Virus record (IMG/VR): IMGVR_UViG_3300033559_000026
Location: 4,399-68,398 of that record
DNA from: a virus
Lineage: Duplodnaviria > Caudoviricetes
Direction: 5' to 3' (one strand)
DNA: 64,000 nucleotides
A model generated the notes under the pieces. It was not told where the DNA came from, searched no databases, and was given only the letters and a program-made list of their open reading frames with translations. The position numbers and the translations under genes were made by a program. The first letter of the stretch is position 1. Each line of letters opens with the position of its first letter. Shown piece by piece: positions 17,449 through 27,979 of the stretch.

Positions 17449-17796
17449 TCACCGCAGATACAGCCATCCCGTATAGCAGTCGCTTCGTGCGGCTTCGTAT
17501 GACTTTGGATCGAAGACGCTGCCACGCGAATGCTTTGCTGGCATTTTCCATCCAGCCGCTTTTAGAATCGCGCCATCACTCTTGCGGACGAAGCAGTAGA
17601 CGGAGCGACCGTGACCGGCGGTGCAGACCAGTCGGATGTTCTTGGAGCCAGCCTCCAGCACGATGGGCTTGTAGTAGCCCTCGGGGAAGTTTTCAGCCAT
17701 CTTGGCGTTCTGCTTGTCGAAGCCTTCCTGCACAGCAGCCACGAAGGCAGCCAGAGCGGCGTCGAAGGTGAGGGGGGAGGCGTTGTCGTTGCTCAT
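17449..17796 (-). CDS. Hypothetical protein, leaderless
   Basis: YCFVRKSDGAILKAAGWK..PAKH.RG pattern of small phage proteins; promoter. Confidence 0.7.
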   Translation of the reverse strand: MSNDNASPLTFDAALAAFVAAVQEGFDKQNAKMAENFPEGYYKPIVLEAGSKNIRLVCTAGHGRSVYCFVRKSDGAILKAAGWKMPAKHSRGSVFDPKSYEAARSDCYTGWLYLR

Positions 17797-18303
17797 GTGT
17801 ATGATTGTAGGGGTTGGGGTTGCGATGTCAAGCGGGAACAATCGCAAGCGTGTACTTGCGGCGAACCATCTTCTGATCCTCCCAGCCAGCCACATTGATC
17901 GCCTTGGACAGTCGCTTGAGTGACACACCGCCGTTGTAGAGGGTGTCAGCCTCGGTCATCATGGCATCGTAGAGCGCCTGCCGCCGCCGTTCCTCAACCT
18001 TGCGGGGGTTCTTCTCACCCTCGCAGGAGTTTGGGTAGGTCATGCAGTAGCCTTCATAGGCATTGATGCAGCAGCAGAGGTCGGTGAGGCGGGTGGTTGA
18101 GAGCTTGGAAGGCATGGGGTTCCTTGGTTGAGCGTATAGCTTACAGGGTTTCATCCAGCAGTCAAGCGGGAGTTTTGCGCCCACTCCAGCGGAAGGGCTT
18201 GCCGTAGAGCTTGGTCCAGCGCCCGTCGAAGCCATCACACTCGTCGGTCGCCTGTGTGTGACGCACCGGTTTCTTCTTGACTTGTTTGCGCTTGGTTCGC
18301 ATG

Positions 18304-18558
18304 TCAGTAGCCCTTCTGCTTGTAGCCGATAGCCGTGTCGATGTTGACCGCACGGGTGGTGAACTCGTCGCCCGGAGTCAACCACCAGTTCTGACCGTAG
18401 TCGAGGCAGACCTTCTCGGTGCCCGTGTAGCGGACACGGTACTCGGAGCCGAGCCAGCCAGCCGCCTCGTCGTTCTGTGAGAGGATTTCGACAGCGACCG
18501 CCTTGCCCATGTTCATGGTGAAGGTCTTGGTGCCGATGGGGAGCTTGTTGGTGTTCAT
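18304..18558 (-). CDS. Hypothetical protein, leaderless
   Basis: TTGACA/TACGAT promoter. Confidence 0.65.
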   Translation of the reverse strand: MNTNKLPIGTKTFTMNMGKAVAVEILSQNDEAAGWLGSEYRVRYTGTEKVCLDYGQNWWLTPGDEFTTRAVNIDTAIGYKQKGY

Positions 18559-18588
18559 GTCAGTATCGTACAGGGTTTCAGCCGAATG

Positions 18589-18798
18589 TCAACCGCAATC
18601 CGTCCACTCCTGGGGATGCTCATAGGCACGGGTCCACTTGCCACCGGGGCTGCGGAAGCTGGAAGCCTTGAGGAAGCCGCCAACCCCATTCACAATGGGG
18701 TCAGTCAGCAGGAGGATCTGTCGGGTGCCGTCAGCGTGACGGATGCAGAGGGTGCGGGGGGTGACGGAGTAGGAGCGAGCGTCGGTCATGAGGGTCAT
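18589..18798 (-). CDS. Hypothetical protein
   Basis: Most upstream clear gene of the minus-strand arm. Confidence 0.55.
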   Translation of the reverse strand: MTLMTDARSYSVTPRTLCIRHADGTRQILLLTDPIVNGVGGFLKASSFRSPGGKWTRAYEHPQEWTDCG

Positions 18799-19056
18799 TA
18801 AAGGAACGGCAAGCCACAGTCAAGCGGCAGCTTTGGCACGCTTCCTGCGGTCGCCGCTGTATCACACAGATTCATATTGACACCATACCAGTCGCTTGTA
18901 GGTTTCTCCCCCTCACTACAATATGAGCATACGGAAGCGATAACCCAACGGCAGCCGCCGCGAGGTCCGAGGGTGGGGATATGGACCGGTGAGTGTATCA
19001 CACACCAGAAAAGACTTGACAGGTTTCCGCTGGAAGCCGCTCCCCCGTTGCGTATC

Positions 19057-19667
19057 ATGTCACTATGACCATACTCCCATCGTGTCGTGTTTCGCAACAT
19101 CTCTGCCGTTTCGGCTGATGTTTTTCACAACATCTTTTTGACACGCTGAAAACTTTATATATGGGTCAAACTGACATACTTTTGAGGCACCATGTCATTC
19201 TGACCCAAGACAGATTGGCTATGTCGTTTTGACCCTGTGGAAAACTTTTTCCGTCTTGCCGTTGGTATGAACCCCTATGTCGTTTTGACCCGGATCTGTC
19301 TTGCCTGTGTTTTCAGCAACTTACAGCAACTTGGCTCTACCCTGGAGCCTCCCACATGAGTATACCCGAGCGGCTTAGAGAAGCAATAGGGCGGCTCGGC
19401 ATAGCTACTCCCAGCGGCTCACACACCCCTTCCAACCCCTATACGCTGGAGGTATATCATGTCATAGTGACCCGTGTCCGATAATACTGATTGTGTCATT
19501 AGGGGCGGGAAGCTGTAAGTGAAGGTGCGGCGTATGCGTGTGACGTATGGCTCGGGGTAAAAACAGATGCGGCAAGGGAATACAAGCAGCTTTAAGCGGC
19601 TCTTGAGTTACGGGTTCGCACAGACCCTATGAAGCTACTTGGCGGCGGCTCTATGTCAGATTGACAA
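19057..19667. repeat. Seven dispersed palindromic ATGTC(A/G)-N3-TGAC(C) boxes
   Basis: Copies at 19057, 19163 (reverse), 19192, 19221, 19277, 19459, 19653. Confidence 0.75.
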
Positions 19668-19865
19668 ACCGACTAGGGCGGCGAAGGAGGGGCGGCGAAA
19701 TCTACTTGCCATTTTCTCAGGGCGGCGGGTGAAAGGCGGCGAGTGACACAGAGCAGACGGCACAGGAAAGGCGGCGATTGCAAGGCGGCGGGGAGCAGCT
19801 ACAATAGAGGTTGATATAAACCCCTATGGGCGGCAGATACAAGGCGGCGGAATAGCTGCGGCGGT
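19640..19865 (+). repeat. Cluster of about ten RGGCGGC motifs
   Basis: Direct reading of 19640-19865. Confidence 0.65.
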
Positions 19866-20081
19866 TCCAGCAATGTTTTTTTCGTTGTGTCTCGTGGCAG
19901 AAAGCTATATGTAAGTATCGTGAAGCAGCTATAAGTTTCTACCATTTTCTTGACATACTATAAATAGGAAATATACTATCGTCTTATTTTTTCATTCACA
20001 GAGCAGCTACAAAGTGGCTCACAAGCCCCTCTCCCCAGCTTCCCCCACTCCGAAAGCACCCGAAAGCAGCTTTAAGCTCCT

Positions 20082-20136
20082 ATAAGCCACTCATAAGCCA
20101 CTCATAAGCCACTCATAAGCCACTCATAAGCCACTC
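20082..20136 (+). repeat. Tandem repeat (ATAAGCCACTC)x5
   Basis: Five perfect 11-bp units. Confidence 0.95.
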
Positions 20137-20431
20137 ATAGAAACTCCCTGCCAATGCCTCAACGCACCTATCATCCTGTCACTCAGCCTTCGCTCTCTCC
20201 CGACCATATCTGGATCCTGGGAGTTTGGCGTTGCCCTATGCATCGTGATAGCAGCCCACAGCCGGATACCTGTATTCTGGCAGCACACCGAGAGGGTGTT
20301 GATACCTTTGGAGAATGGTATGAATGGGTTTCCACTCTTTCTATAGAAACCGTAAGGGGCATACGCATACATCATGATGCATGTCTCTTTAAGCGGGAAA
20401 GTAAAACTGTAAACTTGAAAGGAACTCTCCC

Positions 20432-20920
20432 ATGACTAAAAGCAAAACAAAGAAACTCGACATAGCAACCATCTGTAAGAATACCCTGCTGGTGTGTTCT
20501 GCTATTACGGCATTGGGTGGTGCAGTCGGTGGTCTGAAGGAACAGTTCATGGGGGGCGATGATAAGCCTGCGGCTGTTGCTACTCCTGCGGCTCCCACCA
20601 CGATCATCATTGAACAAAGAGCGGCGAGCGAAGGGCGGCATATGAGCAAGACGGTCAGAGTAACAACGGGCGGCACGGTTGGGGCGGCGGATCCGGTAGC
20701 AGATACTCCTGACACTGGCGGCGAGCCTATGGCGGCGGATCTGGTTGCTGGAAGTATGATGACTCAAAGCGCAGCACCGGAAAGCAGCTTGACAGGCTGG
20801 AAGCTTCCATGGGGATGGATGATGGGTATTGGCATGGCGATTGTCGGATGTATAATCAGTGTTGAGATTCTATACAAGCGACTCAAGGGGAAACCAAATG
20901 CGAATACTGATAACGGATGA
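20432..20920 (+). CDS. Membrane protein
   Basis: N- and C-terminal hydrophobic segments, Pro/Ala/Thr-rich linker. Confidence 0.65.
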   Translation: MTKSKTKKLDIATICKNTLLVCSAITALGGAVGGLKEQFMGGDDKPAAVATPAAPTTIIIEQRAASEGRHMSKTVRVTTGGTVGAADPVADTPDTGGEPMAADLVAGSMMTQSAAPESSLTGWKLPWGWMMGIGMAIVGCIISVEILYKRLKGKPNANTDNG

Positions 20921-21293
20921 CTGTTCGGTGAACCGTATGGTGCAGCGAGCGTTCCTCCAAAGAACGCTTGAGAGCATTGACGGGAAGCATACCATTGACG
21001 AAGCAGTAAACGGGCAGGAAGCGGTTGAGAGATATGAACAAGAAAGATATAATGTAGTGTTCATGGATTATATGATGCCCGTGATGGATGGGCTTGTGGC
21101 AAGTGAACATATACTTGGGAAAGACAAAGAGGCTCTTGTGGTTCTTGTGACTGCCTATGGGGACAGAGCAGAGCTTGTGAGCAGGATGGGGAAGGTTGGG
21201 GTGTCGGGGTGTATAGATAAGCCGGTTCGGCTGAATGAGTTGAGTATGTGGATTGAGATTGCACGAAAACTAAGCACTAAGGAAACAACATGA
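20898..21293 (+). CDS. Single-domain CheY-like response regulator
   Basis: ILITDD, VFMDYMMPVMDG (phosphoacceptor Asp), LVTAY, DKPV. Confidence 0.9.
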   Translation: MRILITDDCSVNRMVQRAFLQRTLESIDGKHTIDEAVNGQEAVERYEQERYNVVFMDYMMPVMDGLVASEHILGKDKEALVVLVTAYGDRAELVSRMGKVGVSGCIDKPVRLNELSMWIEIARKLSTKETT

Positions 21294-21712
21294 ATGACGC
21301 AGAGAGACAAGAGTTTGACAATATGATTGGGTTCATCATCCGTTCTATGGGCGGGGAAGTGAAAGAACCTATCAGCAAGGGAATAGAACACTTCAGGGCT
21401 GTGGAGCAGGCATACGTCAAGCTTCTGGCTGAGAAAGCCTCGTGGGAGGCTGAAAGAAGCCGTTTGGTAGAAGAACTACGAGTAGCCACGGTAAGCAACC
21501 AGAGAACCGACAGATTGCCTACAGTGGGCAGGAAAGCGGATCCGGAGCGCCCTGCATCCTCCAAGGAGAGCAGCACCGACTTCCTTCCTACTATTGCGAC
21601 AACCCCTGTCAAGACCGATAAGGTTGAGGTTGGGAAGGTTGACCCTGCCAAAGCCGGGACAAACAAGATAGAAGCCAAGAAGAGCTTTATCTCCAGACTG
21701 TTCGGGGGATAA
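21290..21712 (+). CDS. Hypothetical coiled-coil protein
   Basis: Coupled ORF. Confidence 0.7.
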   Translation: MNDAERQEFDNMIGFIIRSMGGEVKEPISKGIEHFRAVEQAYVKLLAEKASWEAERSRLVEELRVATVSNQRTDRLPTVGRKADPERPASSKESSTDFLPTIATTPVKTDKVEVGKVDPAKAGTNKIEAKKSFISRLFGG

Positions 21713-21715
21713 GCC

Positions 21716-23917
21716 ATGAGAGGGTTCCTTGAGTTCTTGCATGAAGGCGTTGAGCCTAAGAAGCCGGTTGGGAAACTTGTCAAGAAGACGGTGATGAAGA
21801 ACCGGGGAACCGTTCATGAGAAGCCACTGACGCAGATAGGGTTCGTAACGACCGCAGGTAATGATGTCAAGGTTCAGTTCAGCATACGGGAAGGAGAGGG
21901 TGACATTGTTTTTTATGTCAACGATACGCTGGATGACCGTGGCGGTAGAGACTCGGGGGTTGTTGATCCTGAGATTCTAAGTGGTGTTCTATGGGTTGTT
22001 GATAAGTATTCTGACACCATGAAGCTTCACACCATTACATTTAGCGCATGGGCTGGTGAGGGTGACAACAAGATAGTGAAAGGTCTTGACACGGGAAAGC
22101 CTCGTGAAGCGGCTCTGAGTAGCCTGAGAGACTACATGAAGGATGTAGAATCGTATGAAGCTACCATTATACCTCCGAGCGAAGGGCGCATAGCTTTGGC
22201 TAAGAAGCTGGGGCGTGAGCCTACGGTGGTTTACGATGTCAATGTTCATCACCTGTTTGGAATACTACGAGAGATGCTGTACGCTCTGGAAGATGAAAGT
22301 ATAGTTGCAACAGTTCCGTTCGAAGAGGAACTATACAAATCCAGAAACACCGCTCCGAAGACAGACAGTGATGACATACTTGACTTTGCATCATACAACA
22401 CTCTGGAGGATTTGATACCAGGGGGTAAGAATGTGCTGGAGTTACTGAGAAAGTATAATACAGCCAAACTTAGTAACACTGAATCCGGAGCCTCGGTGAA
22501 CAGAAACCGTAGGCAAGACCTGTATAAGCGTCTGATAGATAAGTTCTTTAGCGATAAGTGGAATGTAGAGCAGAGGCGTGATAGCTTTACATTGACCCGT
22601 AAAGAGGAAAAAGCAATAGCCATGGGAGAAGACGTTGTGGCTCCTGTGAAAAAGCCAGCAGCATCATATTCGGTTGAGCAGCTTATGTTTGCTATGTTTG
22701 ACGAGAGCTTCCGTGAGTATGGGCAGTATTACATACCGTTGTTCAGTCATGTCATAAAAAAGATATTCGGTGACATTCAGGGGTATGGCTGGCACCTGAC
22801 GGGGCATGAGAACCTTGAGCGTCTGAAGTCTATTCAGGGAACCAACAAGTCGATTAGCACGCTGCACAGGAAAGACATAGCCAACGTTATGGACCGTGGT
22901 GTTGCTTCCAAGGCTGACATTGCGGTTCTGGTTCGTGGTAACGTGCTGCTGAAGTATGATATCAATGCCTGGACCGTGGTTGACGAGAATGGAAACCGTT
23001 GGGTGCCTGTGGTATCCATGAAGACGGGTAAAGCCATTGGGCGTGACATTGAGGCGCTACAGGTTGCCTATGTCAGAAAGCTGAACCTTCTGGCTCACGA
23101 CTTGGATTTGGGAAGCTGGAGTGATGTTCATGAGAAGTATGATAGGCTTGACGAAGGCTCGAAAAAGAAACTTCTGGCAAACTTTGTCAAGAGTATGGAG
23201 GCGTTCGTATTGGAGAACTCGGAAAGCATCAAGGAGAATATCTGGTCTGCCATTGATGTAAGCGAGAAAGCCATGGATGAGGTTGAAACCGGCTTCAATG
23301 AGATTGTCATAAGCGACTTTGAGATTGTCAAGGTTGTTCCAATTGAAACATTCAGAGAGAACCGTAGCGTCAGTGATATGATGAATGAGATGCCTGCGTG
23401 GAACGATGGAGATAAAAACATATCAAAGTATATGGGAGACAAAACCCGCCAGTGGACGATGGAGCGATACAAGGGCTATGAAATACTTGAAGAGTTCCCT
23501 ATTGGTGACTTGAGTGCCATCGTGTTCCGTAACAGGGAGCAGAATATGCTCAACGTTCATGTCATAGATACCAATGATAAAGAAGTGGGAGCCTTCAACT
23601 GGTATAAAGAAGGTCGAAAGCCATGGGCTACAACATCAGCAGCGGTTGCAGTTGCGCACCAAGGTAAAGGAATGGCTTATATTGTCTACACTCATATGAT
23701 TGACAAGTATATGCATACGCTCATGTCAGACCAAACTCTGACAGGCGAGAAAGACGGAAAGGGATCGTTTGACCTATGGGTAAAGCTTGGTAAGAAGTAT
23801 CCATTCAAGTATGTCTATAACTCTTCGAGTCGCAGATACCGTCAGGTTCAGGAGTTTACTCGTGACATGATGGATGACGAGGTTGAAAGGTTTGTAATAT
23901 CGCAGTATGAGATATAA
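21716..23917 (+). CDS. Large hypothetical protein; capsid-targeting-like N-terminus, GNAT-like C-terminus
   Basis: MRGFLEFLHE; AVAVAHQGKGMA acetyl-CoA-binding-like motif. Confidence 0.5.
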   Translation: MRGFLEFLHEGVEPKKPVGKLVKKTVMKNRGTVHEKPLTQIGFVTTAGNDVKVQFSIREGEGDIVFYVNDTLDDRGGRDSGVVDPEILSGVLWVVDKYSDTMKLHTITFSAWAGEGDNKIVKGLDTGKPREAALSSLRDYMKDVESYEATIIPPSEGRIALAKKLGREPTVVYDVNVHHLFGILREMLYALEDESIVATVPFEEELYKSRNTAPKTDSDDILDFASYNTLEDLIPGGKNVLELLRKYNTAKLSNTESGASVNRNRRQDLYKRLIDKFFSDKWNVEQRRDSFTLTRKEEKAIAMGEDVVAPVKKPAASYSVEQLMFAMFDESFREYGQYYIPLFSHVIKKIFGDIQGYGWHLTGHENLERLKSIQGTNKSISTLHRKDIANVMDRGVASKADIAVLVRGNVLLKYDINAWTVVDENGNRWVPVVSMKTGKAIGRDIEALQVAYVRKLNLLAHDLDLGSWSDVHEKYDRLDEGSKKKLLANFVKSMEAFVLENSESIKENIWSAIDVSEKAMDEVETGFNEIVISDFEIVKVVPIETFRENRSVSDMMNEMPAWNDGDKNISKYMGDKTRQWTMERYKGYEILEEFPIGDLSAIVFRNREQNMLNVHVIDTNDKEVGAFNWYKEGRKPWATTSAAVAVAHQGKGMAYIVYTHMIDKYMHTLMSDQTLTGEKDGKGSFDLWVKLGKKYPFKYVYNSSSRRYRQVQEFTRDMMDDEVERFVISQYEI

Positions 23918-23925
23918 TAAAAAAC

Positions 23926-24309
23926 ATGAACATCATATATAAAGCAGTTCTGTTAGATCCTGAGAGTAAAGCCAAGCTGATGGGAGCATTCCCACCCAGC
24001 TTCAATGAAACGTTCTACCATCATATGACCATACAGTTTGGTGTGAAGTCGCTTGACGATGACATTGGTAAGCCAGTTGAGCTAAAGGTTGTTGGGTATA
24101 AGCGTGATGACAAAGCTGAAGCCGTTATTGTTCAGGGTGTTCCTCGTGTCGATGGTAAGGTTCCTCATATCACGTTGAGTGTGGCTCCTGGCGTCAAGCC
24201 TGCATATAGCAATGAGCTTGTCAAGTCGGATTGGAAGCCTGTTGATGGTCCGACGCTGAAAGGTATAATTTCATTTTACACCGACAAGGGTTGGATAAAT
24301 AAAGCATAA
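23926..24309 (+). CDS. 2H phosphoesterase family protein
   Basis: HMT and HIT motifs. Confidence 0.65.
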   Translation: MNIIYKAVLLDPESKAKLMGAFPPSFNETFYHHMTIQFGVKSLDDDIGKPVELKVVGYKRDDKAEAVIVQGVPRVDGKVPHITLSVAPGVKPAYSNELVKSDWKPVDGPTLKGIISFYTDKGWINKA

Positions 24310-24318
24310 GGAAACTAT

Positions 24319-24804
24319 ATGAGAGATAAACTCAACGATGTGTGGAAGCGAATGGTGGAAGATATAAACTCCGAGACTATGTTTGCCCGTCAAAACCTTG
24401 CAAAGCAGTCTTACAAAGCTGGATATGATGTTGGAATTGCATATGTCACGCAGAACCGTGACGCTATGGAAGCTGAAATGGCTGAGATGCGTGAGAAGTA
24501 TGGAGATGAGTTTGACTCTATGATGAATGATTGGTTCAATGAAAAGTCACTTGATGTAATGAGAATGTTTGATCCGAGTGTTGACAACGAACATCTTCCT
24601 TTGGTGGTTGAGCTTCGTGGAATGTCTGTTGTTGATATTGTTCGTGATATACTTGAAAGGGCTAAGGATCTTGGTAAGGTTGAGTATAACAGCGCCGTAA
24701 GTTCTATGGTTATAGGTGTAAACAAGGCACTCAAGAACGAGTTTGATGTTGACTTGAGTAATTTCCTTGATGGTGATGAAGTTAGCGACTTTCAGTTGCA
24801 TTAA
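24319..24804 (+). CDS. Hypothetical protein, late promoter
   Basis: GATAAATA and RBS upstream. Confidence 0.7.
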   Translation: MRDKLNDVWKRMVEDINSETMFARQNLAKQSYKAGYDVGIAYVTQNRDAMEAEMAEMREKYGDEFDSMMNDWFNEKSLDVMRMFDPSVDNEHLPLVVELRGMSVVDIVRDILERAKDLGKVEYNSAVSSMVIGVNKALKNEFDVDLSNFLDGDEVSDFQLH

Positions 24805-24830
24805 GAGTGTCTGACACACTCAGATTGAAA

Positions 24831-24862
24831 GGAAGGTGACTTCGGTTGCCTTCCTTTTTTTG
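24831..24862 (+). terminator. Intrinsic terminator with UUCG loop
   Basis: GGAAGGTGAC-TTCG-GTTGCCTTCC-TTTTTTT. Confidence 0.9.
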
Positions 24863-24890
24863 TTTGTATAGTTGTGTCATAAGGAATCCC

Positions 24891-27615
24891 ATGTCAGACT
24901 TCTTCAATCCACTGAATCCTCGCAACGACTTGTCATGCCCGAATATACATGTCATCATGGCGGAAGCATTCAAGCGTGCTGGTAGAACGGAAGAGAAAAC
25001 GGTTGATGAGGCATATGCCGAGCTTGCCCGGCTGTATGCTGTCATCCAAGCGCAGAGTGAGCAGATGGAGCGCACCGAGAGGGCAATGGTTGAGTACGCT
25101 GCCCGTGACAAGAAGCATGTCGATCAACTGTGTGACATACGGGACACACTCAAGGCATCTATGCTTGACGCTACTGACATTTCTTGTTGGGTTAGACGCT
25201 CCGATGCTATCAAGAGCGTCCTCAAGAAGAACTTCTCTCTTGACTTGGATAAGTAACCATTTAGTATATCCACATGAGCCACACACAAGACATTCTTGAC
25301 ATTGCCGACGAGGCTATCCGCTGCGGGGAGAAGGTGTGCAATGGCGCAAACATCCACGACATGCGAGTGGCTATCTCTCAAGTTCAGTTCTGGCGTCGAT
25401 TCGTTCTCAAGGGAATGAGCGAGCAGCTACTTGACGAGGAAGGCATCAACGATAAGCAGCAGCTTCTTGATGCTATCCAGCGACTCCGTGAAGCAACCCT
25501 CAAGACAATGAAGTAAGGAAAAACAAATATGACTCCCTATTCTTTGACTGCTATCATTACTCAGGCTTACTTTCAGGATGGCGATGAAGCCGTTCGTGAG
25601 ATTCTGGTGTTCCTGGGCAACGAGGCGTTTAACAAGTTTGACAACACTGAGAAACGCATGGGCGATCCGAGGTTGGCTACCTTCCGTGTCCGTGCCGTCA
25701 AGACTGGTGAGGGTGACTACAAGGGCATTGTTCGACTTGGTAATGGTGAAATGGTTCTGGAGACTGTTTACAGTGGCAAGAGTCAGGATAGTATTCTCTA
25801 TGATACTCTCCGTCGTACTCTGCCTGGGTGGGAACTCAAGGAGATTTACTCCGATAAGATTCCGAGCCGAAACCCCTTTGACGGGAAGTTCTGAATGAAC
25901 CACACGCAATGCCCTGAGTGCGGTATGCTCTCTGTTATGGGTGGACAACCACACACCACCGCATGCTCACACAACTCTTCGGCTTATGTCAAGCATAAGC
26001 TTCGTGAGTATCTTCGTCTTGGCTCATGTGATGGGCGTATTGAGCGCAAGGCGCTTCGTAAGGAACTCGCTTCGCTTATCGGGGCTGAGTATGACGAGAA
26101 GGAAAGCAGAATAAAATGAAAAAAGAATTCTCCATAAAGATGGATGGATGCTTTACAATAGCAAAGGCGTACCGAAGCACCAATGGTAAGTCTTTTATTA
26201 GCTATGAAATATGGGCTAATATATTTGTTCCGCAAATGGAAGACTATACAAACTTCTTACTTTACCGTGGTAAAACATACAACAAGGCGTATAGCGTATT
26301 CCGTACCTTGGTGAATAGTAGGAAGGAATTGAAGTGAGCCAGAAAAACACCAGAGCGCAGATTATCAAGGAGCGGTTGTGTGGGCTGAAACTCCTTGACG
26401 CTGCGGTTGCCAAGGCTGGAATGAATGCTGTTATTGAGAAAACTATCTCAATACACAACAAGTGTCCCGAGATTCTTCCGGACGAACCGTGGGAAAGACT
26501 CTCATGGGCTGCTTCCAATGCTGTCAAGGAGATTCTTGAAGATTGGAATAAGTGCGTTTCTGCAAATCCAGATGAAATGTTTGATGAAAGTCAAATAAAA
26601 TACATAGCAGTCAATACCGGATTGGATAAGTATCCATACACTCTTAGGAAGTGTCATAAGAGGAAGAAGTCGTGAGCAAACACACTCCCAAAACTCCTAA
26701 GCTCATATTCAAGTTTGGAAAGCTTGACGGCGAGTGGGATTTCATCGCTGCGGGTGGACCCGGAACTTGTAGCGCAGACAGGAATCTGCTGCTGTATATG
26801 TTTACAATGACTCACGCAAGATGGGATTCACAAGGCAGATACTCTCAGGAGAAATCGTTTCTCGAAGACCTTGAGAGCCGAGGATATGACACTACAACAA
26901 TCAAGTTTAGCATTGAAAAGAAAAAGGAAAAATAACCAATAGTGTCTGACACACCACCCGTCAAACCGATGAGTGGTGTTTGCCTTCGTCGGATACTTCA
27001 TATACTTAGAAGCATAGAAACAAGGAGTAACACATGACTGGATGTGAAGTTATCGCATACCTCAACGGCAAGACTTATCTTGTCAAGTTCCGTCACGATG
27101 GAATGGATATTCCGGAGAAGTATTTCGTGGAGTCACCTGTTGATTTCTCCAACGATCCTGAGAAGGAGTTGGTGAAGATGCTGGATTGGTGGGGTAAGAA
27201 GCATGGTGATGGAGATGACGAGCTTGCCGAGAACATCAAGCGTTTCGTTTGGGTTCGTGAAAAGGTGTGGAACCGCAAGAAGGAAAATGCTGAATCTTTC
27301 TTCAATGCTGCTGTTACCGCTTATGATGATACTGTTATTGAAGACGAGGATACCCTTGGATTTGGATACCAGTGTGGTTATGGTGACTATGGCATTCTCA
27401 TTGACTTTGAGAAGAAGATTGTAACTTCACTTGGCGATGGTCGCGTCAATAACATTCAGAAGAATGCTAAGGTTAGCAGAAAGGTTGTTGCTGAATACAA
27501 TCGCCAGAAGAAGCTGGATGAGAAGTGGGAAAAGGAGCGCCAGAAGGCGGGGGAAGAGCATCCCGAGGATGATGCTCTTTCTGCCGAGCTTGAATCTGTT
27601 TTTGGTAAGCACTAA
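24891..27615 (+). CDS. Run of about eight coupled small hypothetical genes (24891-25256, 25274-25516, 25529-25894, 25895-26119, 26116-26337, 26334-26675, 26672-26935, 27034-27615)
   Basis: Abutting or overlapping starts and stops, RBSs. Confidence 0.7.
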
Positions 27616-27619
27616 AACC

Positions 27620-27970
27620 ATGAGAAAGCGTTCAGCACAAAAGAAAAAGCAGAAGCTCAACCGCAGGCTTCGGATTCTCAAGACATACGGGTGCAACTGT
27701 ATTTACTGCAACAAGACACTCACAGTTGATACAATGACGATTGAGCATGTCACCCCGAAGTCTAAGGGTGGTGGAAACACTCTTGACAACCTTCGTCCAG
27801 CGTGTGGCTTCTGCAATAGTGTTCATCGCAACCCTAACGATAAAGACCATAAGCCGAGAACTGTTATTGACATTGGCTTACTTCGTGTGATAATGTTCAA
27901 CAGACAGATATATCGCACAACGAAGAAGTTGGTCAAACAGACCTACGCATATCTGACAGCAACCGCATAA
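27620..27970 (+). CDS. Small HNH endonuclease
   Basis: CIYC...TIEHVTPKSKGGGNTLDNLRPACGFCN. Confidence 0.85.
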   Translation: MRKRSAQKKKQKLNRRLRILKTYGCNCIYCNKTLTVDTMTIEHVTPKSKGGGNTLDNLRPACGFCNSVHRNPNDKDHKPRTVIDIGLLRVIMFNRQIYRTTKKLVKQTYAYLTATA

Positions 27971-27979
27971 GGAAACCAT

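Larger units (their letters stand above)
735..18830 (-). promoter_or_regulatory. Array of roughly 30 sigma70-like early promoters, most directly abutting start codons
   Basis: Recurrent cTTGAC(A/T)-~16nt GC-rich spacer-TA(T/C)(A/G/C)(A/C)T-6-8nt-ATG, e.g. before 735, 1710, 2415, 4266, 4818, 6251, 7938, 8190, 8550, 10073, 17796. Confidence 0.85.

Noticed and set aside
20082-20136. CRISPR array
   Set aside because: Units are 11 bp, directly abutting, with no spacers; no cas genes are recognisable.
18798-20767. ORFs 18798-19100, 20124-20375, 20154-20435, 20372-20767
   Set aside because: No convincing RBS or promoter and non-protein-like composition; they overlap repeats or real genes on the other strand.
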